From the NCBI GenBank assembly GCA_965223335.1, contig OZ244991.1:1408001-1472000 (forward strand): 64,000 nucleotides of DNA. Direction: 5' to 3'. Position numbers and translations under genes: made by a program. The notes under the pieces were generated by a model. That model was not told the DNA's origin. It worked only from the letters and a program-made list of their open reading frames with translations, and did not search any database. Positions 38,655 through 49,491 of this stretch are shown here, one piece after another (position 1 is the first letter of the stretch; every line of letters starts with the position of its first letter). This stretch comes from Thermodesulfobacteriota bacterium. Lineage in GTDB: Bacteria; Desulfobacterota_D; UBA1144; Nemesobacterales; UBA2774.

Positions 38655-39422
38655 ATGGTTGTGGCGACCAGTACTCTAGTTGTGTACGAGCCGTTGGACG
38701 GTTTTAAGGATAAAACCTATTACTGGCAGCAGTATATAGAGTTTTATGAACAGTATTGGGGTGGGCCGACCTCTCCATACGGTGTGTGGTTCGGCAACGA
38801 ATATCAGGCGTTTCGAGATGCATTGGCCAATTTTTTGGATATGGACGAAAAAGAGGTGGAAGACTGTTTTTTTATGAAGGATAAAGAGGGTAAGTATTAC
38901 CTGGCACCATTGGCAACGAACAGCAATATGCTGGCTAGCTATAACACCATCCCAATTCATTGGTTTGTGCCATTTCGGGAAAGCGATCGCAAAAGCCTAT
39001 ACACACACTGGGGTTTTAATGCCATTCATTACGATACCAGAATAGGTACTGCACTCGAGAACTTTAAAAAAGCGACTGAGATCATTGAGAAATATCTGAG
39101 TAGGGCGGACTCAGGGCAGGCCGATAAGGTGTTGTCTAGTACCCTAAACACTCTTAAAAATGATATACATACCACCGTGATGTGGCTCTCGGGGTTTAAT
39201 GCAACAGGGTTTTTACTGCTAAACTACGGGGATCTATGCTCTGTTATCCATCCCCTCACACTCAAAAACGAACAATCCGTACAGCAGATCCAGAACTTTC
39301 TCGGCTACCTGGACTCAAACCACATAGAGCAAGCTCAATCCGAGCTTAACGTTGTGATGCAGAAATGGGAAGATATCAGAATGAAGGCTAGTGGAGAGAT
39401 CTCCAGAGACACACTGCAATAA
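38655..39422 (+). CDS. Hypothetical protein (255 aa)
   Basis: Long ORF; VYEPL, IPIHWF and LNYGDL motifs. Confidence 0.75.
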   Translation: MVVATSTLVVYEPLDGFKDKTYYWQQYIEFYEQYWGGPTSPYGVWFGNEYQAFRDALANFLDMDEKEVEDCFFMKDKEGKYYLAPLATNSNMLASYNTIPIHWFVPFRESDRKSLYTHWGFNAIHYDTRIGTALENFKKATEIIEKYLSRADSGQADKVLSSTLNTLKNDIHTTVMWLSGFNATGFLLLNYGDLCSVIHPLTLKNEQSVQQIQNFLGYLDSNHIEQAQSELNVVMQKWEDIRMKASGEISRDTLQ

Positions 39423-39601
39423 CAGCAGGTTTTACGAATTTCCAACTACATCTAAGTTTCCATATATCGAATTACCGATTTTTTAATATTATTTTAAATC
39501 TGAAACCTATCCTCAATCGTAATAGTTAATAGATATACATGAGGTAAATGGAGAGCATCATTCTCATACAACATGCATCCTAACTGTTAAGGAGGCTTTC
39601 T

Positions 39602-40834
39602 ATGACTAAGGGCGCTGGACTAAAAGAAATTTTTGTCGATATGGGTACAGAAGAAATGGAAAACATGACGCAAGAGGATTACGAAGACAACATAGAGGAT
39701 AACGAAGAGTTTGAAACAGAAGATGTAAGCACAGACCTAAAAACCGACACTCAAATATCCAATAAAAAAGACAATATTGAGATCAATAATAACGATCTTA
39801 GAATGATAAATGCATACTTCAAAGAGGTAAGCACCGAGTCACTCCTCACACCTGCCGAGGAGATAAACGTTGCGGCAAAGATACGCCAGTGCGAGGCGCG
39901 CTCCCAAAAGCTTCGTCAGAAGCTCGAGGACGCATTGGGCAAGAAGCTTGACCGTGACCACTCCAAAGCTATTGCAAAGCTTAATTCCTACATCAAAAAC
40001 GGAGTACTCAGGGCTAGGATTAAAGACAACAAATCCTCACTCAACAGAGGCGAGATAGTAAAGACATTCAATCTGCTCAAGGCCTATGTGAACAAAGGGG
40101 TTATGCTCCGTAACAGGTTTATCAAGGCCAACCTTAGGCTTGTGGCCAGTATGGCAAAGAGGTATTTGGGCAGAGGGGTTCATTTCCTGGATCTGATTCA
40201 GGAGGGCAATCTGGGACTCATAAAGGCCGTAGAGCGCTTTGACTACACCAAGGGTTACAGGTTCTCGACCTATGCGTGCTGGTGGATCAACCAGGCTATG
40301 ACCAGGGGGGTATTTAACCAGACTAGGACAGTGAAAATCCCGGCATACCTGCTCGAGAAGGCGGGTAAAGTGAGGTCGGAGCGTAAAAAATTCAAGGAAG
40401 AGCACGGCCGTGAGCCCCATGCAAATGAGATTGCCAAGCGCTTGGAGATGAGCGTTGAGAATGTAAAGCGTATACTCGAGTCGGCAGGGAACAATGTTGT
40501 GACACTCGACACTCCGGTGTGGAACGGAGAAAAAGCAACCTATATGGACTACATAGAGGACTCGAACTCCATGGTCGTAGACAGCGTAATAGCAGAGGTG
40601 TCGATCCCCGATAACATCAACCACGCTCTGCTCCATCTCAATGTACGAGAGAGAGAGGTGGTCAAGATGAGGTTTGGTATAGGGTATGAAGTAACTTATA
40701 CGCTAGACGAGATCGGCAGAAAATTTAGCCTTACCCGAGAGAGGATTAGGCAGATCGAAAAGAAGGCCCTTGAGAGGATAAGGAAGTCGGACTCGGGACC
40801 GGTCCTTAGGAGCCTCATGGAAGTATATAGTTAG
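39602..40834 (+). CDS. Sigma-70 family RpoD/RpoS-like sigma factor (no region 1.1)
   Basis: ANLRLV, DLIQEGNLGL.KAVERFD, RFSTYA.WWI, TRERIRQIE; AAGGAGG RBS. Confidence 0.93.
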   Translation: MTKGAGLKEIFVDMGTEEMENMTQEDYEDNIEDNEEFETEDVSTDLKTDTQISNKKDNIEINNNDLRMINAYFKEVSTESLLTPAEEINVAAKIRQCEARSQKLRQKLEDALGKKLDRDHSKAIAKLNSYIKNGVLRARIKDNKSSLNRGEIVKTFNLLKAYVNKGVMLRNRFIKANLRLVASMAKRYLGRGVHFLDLIQEGNLGLIKAVERFDYTKGYRFSTYACWWINQAMTRGVFNQTRTVKIPAYLLEKAGKVRSERKKFKEEHGREPHANEIAKRLEMSVENVKRILESAGNNVVTLDTPVWNGEKATYMDYIEDSNSMVVDSVIAEVSIPDNINHALLHLNVREREVVKMRFGIGYEVTYTLDEIGRKFSLTRERIRQIEKKALERIRKSDSGPVLRSLMEVYS

Positions 40835-40897
40835 AATTAGAAAGCACTATTAAGGATCTCTCCTCCTACTTAGTGACATCCATTATTGAGTACTTAA

Positions 40898-40930
40898 AGA
40901 GGGGGCCCATGGGCTCCCTCTATTTTTTTT
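40898..40930 (+). terminator. Intrinsic terminator
   Basis: AGAGGGGGCCC-AT-GGGCTCCCTCT followed by A and T8. Confidence 0.8.
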
Positions 40931-41006
40931 GTGCTGTGGTTTTCTTGCCTTCCCCACATATTACAGATATACACCTAGCGTTACTAACTTTAATCTCACT
41001 TAGCAA

Positions 41007-41663
41007 ATGAAGAATAAGGATATTCACGATGTTGTCGCAATTCTCACTAAGGAGTCTCGTAACTGGGACGTCCCTATAGTCACCCTCCAGGCCGAGACTA
41101 CTCGTGACCCGTTTAGGGTGCTTATTTCCACAGTGCTTAGTCTAAGAACCAAAGACCAGACAACCGCAGAGGCATCGAGGAGATTATTTGGCTTGGCAGC
41201 GACACCCGAGGGAATAGTTGCGTTGGGTGAGGCCAAGATCAAAAAGGCTATATATCCTGTGGGGTTCTATAGAACCAAGGCAAAGAATATCGTCTCTATA
41301 TGTAGGACGCTGATTAAAGAGTACAACTCTATAGTACCCGACGATATAGACGAGCTGCTTACACTCCCTGGGGTAGGGCGCAAGACTGCCAACCTGGTGG
41401 TCACACTTGGGTACAATAAACCCGGGATATGTGTGGATACCCATGTGCACAGGATATCTAACCGCTTGGGTTATATAAAAACGAAAACCCCGCTTGAGAC
41501 CGAGACGGCACTCCGAGCGAAACTCCCCGGGGAATACTGGATTGACTATAACAGTTTATTGGTGGCGTTCGGACAGTTTTTATGCAGACCAATCTCTCCA
41601 TTGTGCAGCCGGTGCCCGATCTATAAGTACTGTAAAAGGGTCGGTGTCAAAAAGAGCAGATAA
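41007..41663 (+). CDS. nth: Endonuclease III
   Basis: LPGVGRKTAN HhH, VDTHVHR, C-terminal 4Fe-4S Cys cluster. Confidence 0.93.
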   Translation: MKNKDIHDVVAILTKESRNWDVPIVTLQAETTRDPFRVLISTVLSLRTKDQTTAEASRRLFGLAATPEGIVALGEAKIKKAIYPVGFYRTKAKNIVSICRTLIKEYNSIVPDDIDELLTLPGVGRKTANLVVTLGYNKPGICVDTHVHRISNRLGYIKTKTPLETETALRAKLPGEYWIDYNSLLVAFGQFLCRPISPLCSRCPIYKYCKRVGVKKSR

Positions 41664-41759
41664 CCGCAAGATTGACTAACCTATGTTTCCAAATATAATT
41701 CAATAGCCTTACTCATAGATGTTTCTAATATTTAATCATAGGACGAGGTACATTTAGCT

Positions 41760-42266
41760 TTGCAAGACTTAGTGTTTTATGTTTTTGCAATCCTTGCGCT
41801 TGCGGGGGCTTTGCTGGTGGTGGTGGGTCGTAGCCCGGTCACAAGCGCTCTCTCTTTGGTGCTTACACTATTTAGCACTGCCGTGCTGTTCATTTTACTC
41901 GATGCTCACTTCATAGCCGCCGTGCAGGTACTGGTCTATGCAGGGGCAATAATGATCCTTTTCTTGTTTACAGTGATGTTTCTTAACCTTAGAAACGAGG
42001 AGCTTCGGTTCGATTCCAAGAACCTAGGGTTCAAAATGAGCCTTTTTCTGGTGTTTTTGCTGCTGGTGGGATACTTTGCTACCCTCGGGTTTAGGCAATA
42101 CATTAGTATCGAGGACAGGGTCAAACTTGGGGAGGATTTCGGCACGGTCGAGGGTGTGGGCAAGGTGCTTTTTACCGAGTACCTGCTGCCTTTTGAGCTT
42201 ACCTCAGTGCTCATCGTGGTGGCTATCATAGGTGTGATTGCGATAGCCAAAAAAAGGAGTTACTAG
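41760..42266 (+). CDS. nuoJ: NADH-quinone oxidoreductase subunit J
   Basis: QVLVYAGAIMILFLF, YLLPFELTS. Confidence 0.93.
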   Translation: MQDLVFYVFAILALAGALLVVVGRSPVTSALSLVLTLFSTAVLFILLDAHFIAAVQVLVYAGAIMILFLFTVMFLNLRNEELRFDSKNLGFKMSLFLVFLLLVGYFATLGFRQYISIEDRVKLGEDFGTVEGVGKVLFTEYLLPFELTSVLIVVAIIGVIAIAKKRSY

Positions 42267-42572
42267 ATGGCGGTTACAATTGAACATTACCTGGTGCTAA
42301 GTGCGATACTGTTTCTGATCGGGGCATATGGGGTGGTGATCAGAAAGAATTTGATCATAGTGCTCATGTCGCTTGAGCTTATGCTCAATGCCGCGAACTT
42401 GGCACTTGTGGGTTTCTCCAGGGTTCATGGGGACATGACGGGCCATGTGTTTATGATGATGGTTCTTACCGTAGCGGCCTCGGAAGTAGCCGTGGGCCTG
42501 GCCCTTGTGGTCTCTATCTACAAGCACAGGGAAAACCTGGACGTAGATATTCTAAAGCTGCTTAGGGGATAA
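42267..42572 (+). CDS. nuoK: NADH-quinone oxidoreductase subunit K
   Basis: MSLELMLNAANL, VAASEVAVGLAL. Confidence 0.95.
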   Translation: MAVTIEHYLVLSAILFLIGAYGVVIRKNLIIVLMSLELMLNAANLALVGFSRVHGDMTGHVFMMMVLTVAASEVAVGLALVVSIYKHRENLDVDILKLLRG

Positions 42573-42580
42573 GATAAACA

Positions 42581-44557
42581 ATGCTACTTTGGATAGTTCT
42601 ATTACCATTGATCGGAGCCGTGATTAACGGGATAGTGTTTGCCTCGGGGATGTGGACCAAGCTTTTTGGAGGGGACAAGCACACCGAACACAGTGTTGTG
42701 AACATCGTGGGGCCGGGTGTGGTACTGCTATCAGCCATACTCTCGACAATACTATTTGTTAAGCTCTTGGCGCTCGACCCCGAAAGCAGGCTTTTAGTAC
42801 TCACACTGTTTGAGTGGATACCGTCGGGGGAGTTCTCTGTCAATTTTGAGCTCTCGTTCGATACGTTGTCCTGTGTAATGGCACTTGTTATTACATGGGT
42901 CGGGTTTTTAATCCATGTCTATTCAATAGGTTATATGCATGGTGACACTGCGTATGCCAAATACTTCACATACCTAAACCTGTTTGTGTTTTTTATGCTG
43001 GTGCTTGTGCTTGGTAACAATTTCCCGCTAATGTTTGTGGGCTGGGAAGGGGTGGGCCTTGCCTCATATCTCTTGATCGGGTTTTGGTATCATGATACGG
43101 AAAAAGCCTATGCAGGCCGCAAGGCTTTTGTTGTAAACCGGATAGGTGATTTTGGATTTATTCTAGGCATATTCCTTATTTTCTTTGTGTTCGGGTCGGT
43201 GAATTACCAAGAGGTCTTCGGTATGGCCACCGACCAATCGTTTATGAGTGGGGTACCGGGTGTGGCTGTGACCGCAATCGCGTTGCTGCTGTTTGTGGGT
43301 GCGGTGGGGAAATCCGCACAGATCCCCTTATATGTGTGGCTGCCCGATGCTATGGCGGGTCCTACCCCTGTGAGCGCGTTAATACATGCAGCTACCATGG
43401 TAACCGCGGGCGCCTATATGGTGGCCAGGTGTAACGCTCTGTACACGGCATCGCCCACAGCACAGTTTGTGGTGGTAACGGTTGCGGCCCTCACATCGTT
43501 TCTGGCTGCTACAATCGCCGTTACACAGAATGACATTAAAAAGGTGCTTGCCTACTCTACCGTGAGTCAGCTGGGCTATATGTTTATGGGGATTGGGGTG
43601 GGTGCGTATGCAGCGGGCCTGTTTCATCTGGTAACACACGCGTTTTTTAAGGCACTACTCTTTTTGGGCTCCGGCAGTGTGATACACGCAATGAGCGGTG
43701 AGCAGGATATAACCCGGATGGGGGGACTTAGGAAATATATACCCATAACCTCCTACACATTCTTGATCGGTACGCTTGCGATTGCAGGGGTGCCGTTTTT
43801 GTCAGGGTTTTTCAGTAAAGACGAAATACTGGGTGCACTCTACGGCACGGGGTACACGGTGCACTGGATAGTTGCGCTTATTACCGTTGTGCTCACAGCG
43901 TTTTACATGATACGGCTCTACCTGCTAACGTTTGAGGGCAAAAGCAAAATAAGCAGCACGCTTATTAAACACATACACGAATCGCCACTTACAATGACGA
44001 TTCCGCTTATGGTGCTTGCGGTGCTCTCAATTTTCGGGGGTTATGTGGGTGTGCCCGATTTTATGGGCGAGTATCTGGGGTACGCGCACTCGAATTTATT
44101 TGAAAGATTCATTGATTCTTCTATCTACACACATATCGCACACGGCGAGGGCCATCATCTGTTAGGGCATTGGACGCTTGTGGGGCTCTCAATTGCCGCT
44201 GCACTTTTGGGGATTTTCGGTGCATTTTATCTTTATAAAGTAAAACCATCGTTACCTTCCAAGATCGCATCGGGCGAGAATATGGGTGCACTCTACAAGC
44301 TCGCTATCAATAAATGGTATATAGACGAGTTGTATGACTATTTTATAGTAGGGCCGTTTAACTATCTTTGTGCTGCTGCGGCTGAGTTCGACAGATATTT
44401 TATCGACGGTGCGGTAAATGGAGTAGCGGGGATTGTAAGAAGCAGTGCTACGGTCCTTAAGAAAACCCAGACAGGGATGTTACGTCTATATGCGGCGCTT
44501 ATGTTTATAGGCGGTGGTGCAATAATCCTATATATGATTTTATCTTCCAGGTTCTAA
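42581..44557 (+). CDS. nuoL: NADH-quinone oxidoreductase subunit L
   Basis: GWEGVG, KSAQIPL..WLPDAMAGPTPVSALIHAATMV, HAFFKALLFL. Confidence 0.96.
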   Translation: MLLWIVLLPLIGAVINGIVFASGMWTKLFGGDKHTEHSVVNIVGPGVVLLSAILSTILFVKLLALDPESRLLVLTLFEWIPSGEFSVNFELSFDTLSCVMALVITWVGFLIHVYSIGYMHGDTAYAKYFTYLNLFVFFMLVLVLGNNFPLMFVGWEGVGLASYLLIGFWYHDTEKAYAGRKAFVVNRIGDFGFILGIFLIFFVFGSVNYQEVFGMATDQSFMSGVPGVAVTAIALLLFVGAVGKSAQIPLYVWLPDAMAGPTPVSALIHAATMVTAGAYMVARCNALYTASPTAQFVVVTVAALTSFLAATIAVTQNDIKKVLAYSTVSQLGYMFMGIGVGAYAAGLFHLVTHAFFKALLFLGSGSVIHAMSGEQDITRMGGLRKYIPITSYTFLIGTLAIAGVPFLSGFFSKDEILGALYGTGYTVHWIVALITVVLTAFYMIRLYLLTFEGKSKISSTLIKHIHESPLTMTIPLMVLAVLSIFGGYVGVPDFMGEYLGYAHSNLFERFIDSSIYTHIAHGEGHHLLGHWTLVGLSIAAALLGIFGAFYLYKVKPSLPSKIASGENMGALYKLAINKWYIDELYDYFIVGPFNYLCAAAAEFDRYFIDGAVNGVAGIVRSSATVLKKTQTGMLRLYAALMFIGGGAIILYMILSSRF

Positions 44558-44560
44558 AGC

Positions 44561-44605
44561 AAAAAAGGCGGCGTATGGTAATATCTACCATACGCCGCCT
44601 TCTCT
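44561..44605. terminator. Terminator between convergent nuoL and glnA (probably bidirectional)
   Basis: Perfect 16-bp stem AAGGCGGCGTATGGTA-ATATC-TACCATACGCCGCCTT, with an A-run on the left flank. Confidence 0.85.
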
Positions 44606-44632
44606 AAACCTATTGTCTTTTTTCCTTATTGA

Positions 44633-46057
44633 TTACACATCATAGTACAACATGAACTCATAAGGCACCGGCCTTAATTTGACAGGGTTTACCTCGTTTT
44701 CCATCTTGTACTCTATCCATGTCTCTATTACGTCCTCGGTAAACACGTCTCCTTTAAGCAGGAACTCGTGGTCGTTCTCAAGCGCTTTCAGAGCGTCCTC
44801 CAACGAACCAGGTACAGATGGGATGTCTGCAAGTTCCTCTGGGCCCAGTGCGTAGATGTCTTTGTCCAGTGGGTCGCCTGGGTTAATTTTCTTTTCAATA
44901 CCGTCAAGCCCGGCCATAAGCATCGCAGAGAACGCAAGGTAACCATTGCATGAAGGATCTGGGAACCGACACTCCATCCTCTTGGCTTTTGGGCTGGGTG
45001 AGTACATGGGGATCCTCACTGCAGCGCTTCGGTTTCTTGCCGAATATGCCAGGTTAACAGGAGCCTCGAACCCGGGCACAAGCCTTCTATATGAGTTTGT
45101 GATGGGGTTACTGAACGCACAGATCGTAGGGGCGTGTTTCAAAATGCCGCCTATGTAGTTCATGGCAAGGTCGCTCATACCAGCATAACCCTTCCCTGCG
45201 AACAGTGGTTTGGATTTTTTCCATATCGACTGGTGTACGTGCATTCCCGAGCCGTTATCCTCAAACAGTGGTTTAGGCATAAATGTCACACTCTTGTTGT
45301 ACTTGCGTGCAACATTGCGGACAACGTATTTGTACCACATCATCTGATCGCCCATCTGGACTATGGGGGCAAAGCGCATATCGATCTCGGCCTGCCCGCC
45401 GGTTGCAACTTCGTGGTGATGGGCTTCCACCGCTATGCCCAACTCCTGGAGAGTAAGTACCATCTCGGACCTCATATCCTGGTAGGTGTCAGCAGGTGGG
45501 GTGGGGAAATAGCCCTCTTTATGTCTTGGCTTATAGCCCAGGTTTGGGTTCTCGTCTACTCCCGAGTTCCATATACCCTCTACCGAGTCTACAAAATAGT
45601 ATCCGGAGTTGGCTGTTTGGTCGTATTTAACATCGTCTAGGATAAAGAACTCTAGCTCGGGGCCGAAATAGGCTGTGTCCCCTATGCCTGAGCTCTTTAG
45701 GTATGCGAGAGCTTTTTTAGAAATATTACGCGGGTCACGTGAATAAGGCTCTCTTGTGATCGGGTCAACTATGTCGCATATGATGGCGAGTGTGGGAATC
45801 GTTAAAAACGGATCGACTCTAGCGGTAGCTGCGTCGGGTATAACGAGCATGTCGCTTGCATGAATTGACTGCCAGCCCCTTATGCTGGATCCGTCAAACC
45901 CTAGACCCTCGTCAAAAGTGGATCTATCGACCTCCTGAGCCGGGACACTGAAATGCTGCCACATCCCGACAAAATCCAGAAATCTGAAATCGATTATTTC
46001 TATATTCTGGTCTTTAATAAGCTTTAATACATCTGCAGGTTTTTTAGGAAATGTCAT
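44633..46057 (-). CDS. glnA: Glutamine synthetase type I
   Basis: FDGSSI, HHHEVA, FMPKP...NGSGMH, RNRSA, ECRFPD; adenylylation-site region DKDIY. Confidence 0.98.
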   Translation of the reverse strand: MTFPKKPADVLKLIKDQNIEIIDFRFLDFVGMWQHFSVPAQEVDRSTFDEGLGFDGSSIRGWQSIHASDMLVIPDAATARVDPFLTIPTLAIICDIVDPITREPYSRDPRNISKKALAYLKSSGIGDTAYFGPELEFFILDDVKYDQTANSGYYFVDSVEGIWNSGVDENPNLGYKPRHKEGYFPTPPADTYQDMRSEMVLTLQELGIAVEAHHHEVATGGQAEIDMRFAPIVQMGDQMMWYKYVVRNVARKYNKSVTFMPKPLFEDNGSGMHVHQSIWKKSKPLFAGKGYAGMSDLAMNYIGGILKHAPTICAFSNPITNSYRRLVPGFEAPVNLAYSARNRSAAVRIPMYSPSPKAKRMECRFPDPSCNGYLAFSAMLMAGLDGIEKKINPGDPLDKDIYALGPEELADIPSVPGSLEDALKALENDHEFLLKGDVFTEDVIETWIEYKMENEVNPVKLRPVPYEFMLYYDV

Positions 46058-46144
46058 CTCCTTACCTCCTTGAATTTTTGTATTCTATATGGTTCTGTGG
46101 GCGTAATTATAGGAACCACAAAGTTTTATTTGCATATATTGCTT

Positions 46145-46540
<396 letters not shown>

Positions 46541-46588
46541 TTACAATCAATGATTTAAGGCACTTAGCGAAAACCTGGTCAAATTGAA

Positions 46589-46605
46589 TGCCTAATTGTT
46601 AAGCA
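46589..46605. promoter_or_regulatory. NtrC-like enhancer box
   Basis: TGCCT-AATTGTT-AAGCA (TGC-N11-GCA, 17 bp) upstream of the glnB sigma54 promoter. Confidence 0.55.
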
Positions 46606-46946
46606 CTTGGTTTTAAAAACTAATCATTTGGAGGCACTTATTGAGAAAACTGGTAGAGTTTGGGTGAAATGATGCAAAAGTATCATTTAAACAGAGGGTT
46701 TTTGTTGTAAAATTACAGTTTTTACGCTTAGACAGTAATTAGAGGATACAAGGAGTAAGCTCTATATCAATTAATTATAATTGATATGCTATAATGAGTT
46801 TGTCATGCAATTAAGACAAAATGTGAATTTATATCACTATAATGACACTTTTTGTCAATACCAGGATATGGTTCATAGGCTGGTATAAGCAAGTAGTATC
46901 TAATGATATCAGGCAATTGCGTAGTATTTTTAGTGAAATTGGTGTT

Positions 46947-46962
46947 TGGCATGATATTTGCA
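46947..46962 (+). promoter_or_regulatory. Sigma54 promoter
   Basis: TGGCAT-GATAT-TTGCA. Confidence 0.75.
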
Positions 46963-46978
46963 AATTTCAGAGATTATC

Positions 46979-48808
46979 ATGAAAATGCATCTAGCAAAAT
47001 TACTAGTAAAAGAGAATCTAGTTACTGTAGATCAAATCAAAAGTGCTATTGAAGAGCATAGAGATTCGGGGTTAGGGCTTGGAGAATCATTGGTTGATCT
47101 AGGTTACATACAAGAGAGTGAGTTGGTTCAGTTCCTAAGCCGAGAATACGGTGTGCCTATTATACAGATTGAAAAATATAATATAGAAGATAGGTTCATT
47201 AATCTCATCCCCAAGCAAACTGCCGTAACCAACAATTTGCTCCCTATTAATTTAAACGGATCGGATTTGATAGTGGCAATGTCTGATCCTTCAAACATTT
47301 TACTGCTAGATGATCTGAGTTTTGTAACTGGACATAACATAAAACCTGTAGTTTCTTCAGAGAGATCTATAAGAGAAGCCATAAACAAATACTACGGTGT
47401 GGATGACACAGAAACTGTTGTTAATGATGACGGTACCGTGTCTGAAATAAAGCCCGAGAGTACTCGTACCCCCTCTGGATTCATGCAAGCGAATTCCCTG
47501 CCGATAGAGGAGATAGTACAGGAGCTTGAGGATTATAAAAATAAAATTTCAAAACCCGATAACCTTGAGACCATCCTAAAACAAAATGAACCCGGTGAAG
47601 ACTACAATGAGGTTAGGCCGGAATCCGAGACGAAGCCAGACGATCTAACAGCGGAAATCACAGAACATCTGGGCTTTAATGAAATTAATACCGAAGAACA
47701 AATAGATGATATAGAGCCGAGTGCACCGGAGATTGAAACAGATATCCCTGCCGAGGTTGAGGATTCTCCGGTTGATTTATCGTTGGCAATGGATGAAGCG
47801 ATTGCAGAAGATTATGCAACTGAGTCTGTCGATACGGTCACAGAACACAATGTTCAAATCGATTTAGAACCACAAACCCAAGACCTAGAAATAACTTCGG
47901 AAGATGAACCTAAGCTGTTAGAAGATATAACTGAGCTTGCAGATAAGAATGAGGGTTCGGATGTAATAGTAGAGGGCATAGATGCGGATGATGAGCTGAC
48001 TTTGGATTCGATAACTACAGATTTGGATGAAGAGATAGATGAGGTAGTAGAGCCTTCTCTACCACCAAGATTTGACCAAGATCATAGCGATGAACTGAAT
48101 ACAAGTATTAATGCATTCTCCTCGGCTGTATCAAGGGACAGTGCGTCTGATATGGAGTACCATGACCCAGTGGAGGAATCCATTGTGGACGAGAATATGA
48201 ATGTGTCGGAGGAACCGGTAGGGGATGCTCGAGAAGCAGCCGAGGCCGAGAGGCAGAATGTCGTGCACACTGATCAAGTGGATGAACTAGATGTGGTGCA
48301 TGCAGAGACCGAGGTCGATGAGCTTGTTGTGGATGAACCCGAAATAATAGAACCGGTTATACCTGCCGAGCCCACACCCCAGGTCGCCTCGACAGAGCCC
48401 GAGATCGATGAGCTAGATTTGGATGATGATCACGATGACGATAAAGTCTCGATACTCGTAATTGACGATAGCCCCACGATACAGAAAATTGTATCGATAA
48501 CACTCGAGAAAAAGGGTTATGATGTGCATGTTGCTGGAGACGGAATGGAAGCACTTGCCAAGTTAAACGAGGTTACACCCAGATTGATATTCCTAGATAT
48601 CAATCTACCGCATATGGATGGATATCAACTTTGTAAAATAATCAAAAGCCACGATATCACCAAAGAAGTCCCCGTTATTATGCTTTCCGGAAAAGACGGA
48701 TTCTTTGACAAGATGAGAGGTAAGATGGTCGGGGCAAAAGATTATATTACTAAGCCATTTCAATCCAACACATTGGTTGATGCTGTTGAGAAGTATAGCA
48801 TTCATTAA
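46979..48808 (+). CDS. PilB/GspE N-terminal (MshEN/T2SSE_N) domain, long acidic linker and PilG-like receiver
   Basis: LGESLVDLGYI...VAMSDP.N...IKPVV; C-terminal IDDSPT, DINLPHMDGY, MLSGKDGFFDKMRG, TKPF. The track's TTG start lies inside the promoter, so the start was moved to ATG. Confidence 0.8.
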   Translation: MKMHLAKLLVKENLVTVDQIKSAIEEHRDSGLGLGESLVDLGYIQESELVQFLSREYGVPIIQIEKYNIEDRFINLIPKQTAVTNNLLPINLNGSDLIVAMSDPSNILLLDDLSFVTGHNIKPVVSSERSIREAINKYYGVDDTETVVNDDGTVSEIKPESTRTPSGFMQANSLPIEEIVQELEDYKNKISKPDNLETILKQNEPGEDYNEVRPESETKPDDLTAEITEHLGFNEINTEEQIDDIEPSAPEIETDIPAEVEDSPVDLSLAMDEAIAEDYATESVDTVTEHNVQIDLEPQTQDLEITSEDEPKLLEDITELADKNEGSDVIVEGIDADDELTLDSITTDLDEEIDEVVEPSLPPRFDQDHSDELNTSINAFSSAVSRDSASDMEYHDPVEESIVDENMNVSEEPVGDAREAAEAERQNVVHTDQVDELDVVHAETEVDELVVDEPEIIEPVIPAEPTPQVASTEPEIDELDLDDDHDDDKVSILVIDDSPTIQKIVSITLEKKGYDVHVAGDGMEALAKLNEVTPRLIFLDINLPHMDGYQLCKIIKSHDITKEVPVIMLSGKDGFFDKMRGKMVGAKDYITKPFQSNTLVDAVEKYSIH

Positions 48809-48892
48809 TCACGGAATAGGTAATAAAAACTGGGGTCGGGCAGTAGATATTATTAATGTCTAAATCTTATCAAGCCCCTATACACACAAATT

Positions 48893-49468
48893 ATGAACCG
48901 TAAATTCAGAGTGGTGGGAAAAGAGACCGAGTACGAACCCTTAACTGATAGTGAGGTTGAAAGGCTTAGCCCTGTGGACATTGCACATGACCAGGCACTT
49001 GAAAGTCATTCCATAGAGTTGCTCTCAGAGTTTGACCAGATGATGGTCAAAATAATGGATAAGAAGCGCAAAGACCCCTTGGTAGCACTGCAGTTAGTGG
49101 GGGATATGGTAAACAGGTCGGTGCTGTTCTCGGAGAATGTGCTTAAACTAGACCCAAAACAAGGGTATTTGAAGAAGATATTGGAGAAGGTGGGTCACAA
49201 ATACTCACACATACAGCTCCTGCATAATCAAGGCAACCAGATCTCACTTCAAACTGCGGTCAATGTGTACAAGGCGTGGACGGGCGATACGGCTGAAAGG
49301 GCAGTAGTTTTTAAGCAGATATCACTTGCGCTACTTTATATATTGCAAACATATTTTAAGTTTTTTGCAAAATCGTTTAAATCAAAAGAGACCCAGGTCG
49401 AATGGAAAGATACCTACGATATGTTCACAAGCCAGTTGTCAGACACTGTGGAGGGTCTTCAGTACTAA
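48893..49468 (+). CDS. Hypothetical helical protein (191 aa)
   Basis: ORF between the receiver fusion and cheW, on the same strand. Confidence 0.7.
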   Translation: MNRKFRVVGKETEYEPLTDSEVERLSPVDIAHDQALESHSIELLSEFDQMMVKIMDKKRKDPLVALQLVGDMVNRSVLFSENVLKLDPKQGYLKKILEKVGHKYSHIQLLHNQGNQISLQTAVNVYKAWTGDTAERAVVFKQISLALLYILQTYFKFFAKSFKSKETQVEWKDTYDMFTSQLSDTVEGLQY

Positions 49469-49491
49469 TAAGATAAGCAAAAGGTAATGAT

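Noticed and set aside
46088..46120. Hairpin between glnB and glnA as a glutamine riboswitch
   Set aside because: It lacks the glnA-motif consensus; it is a simple short stem only.
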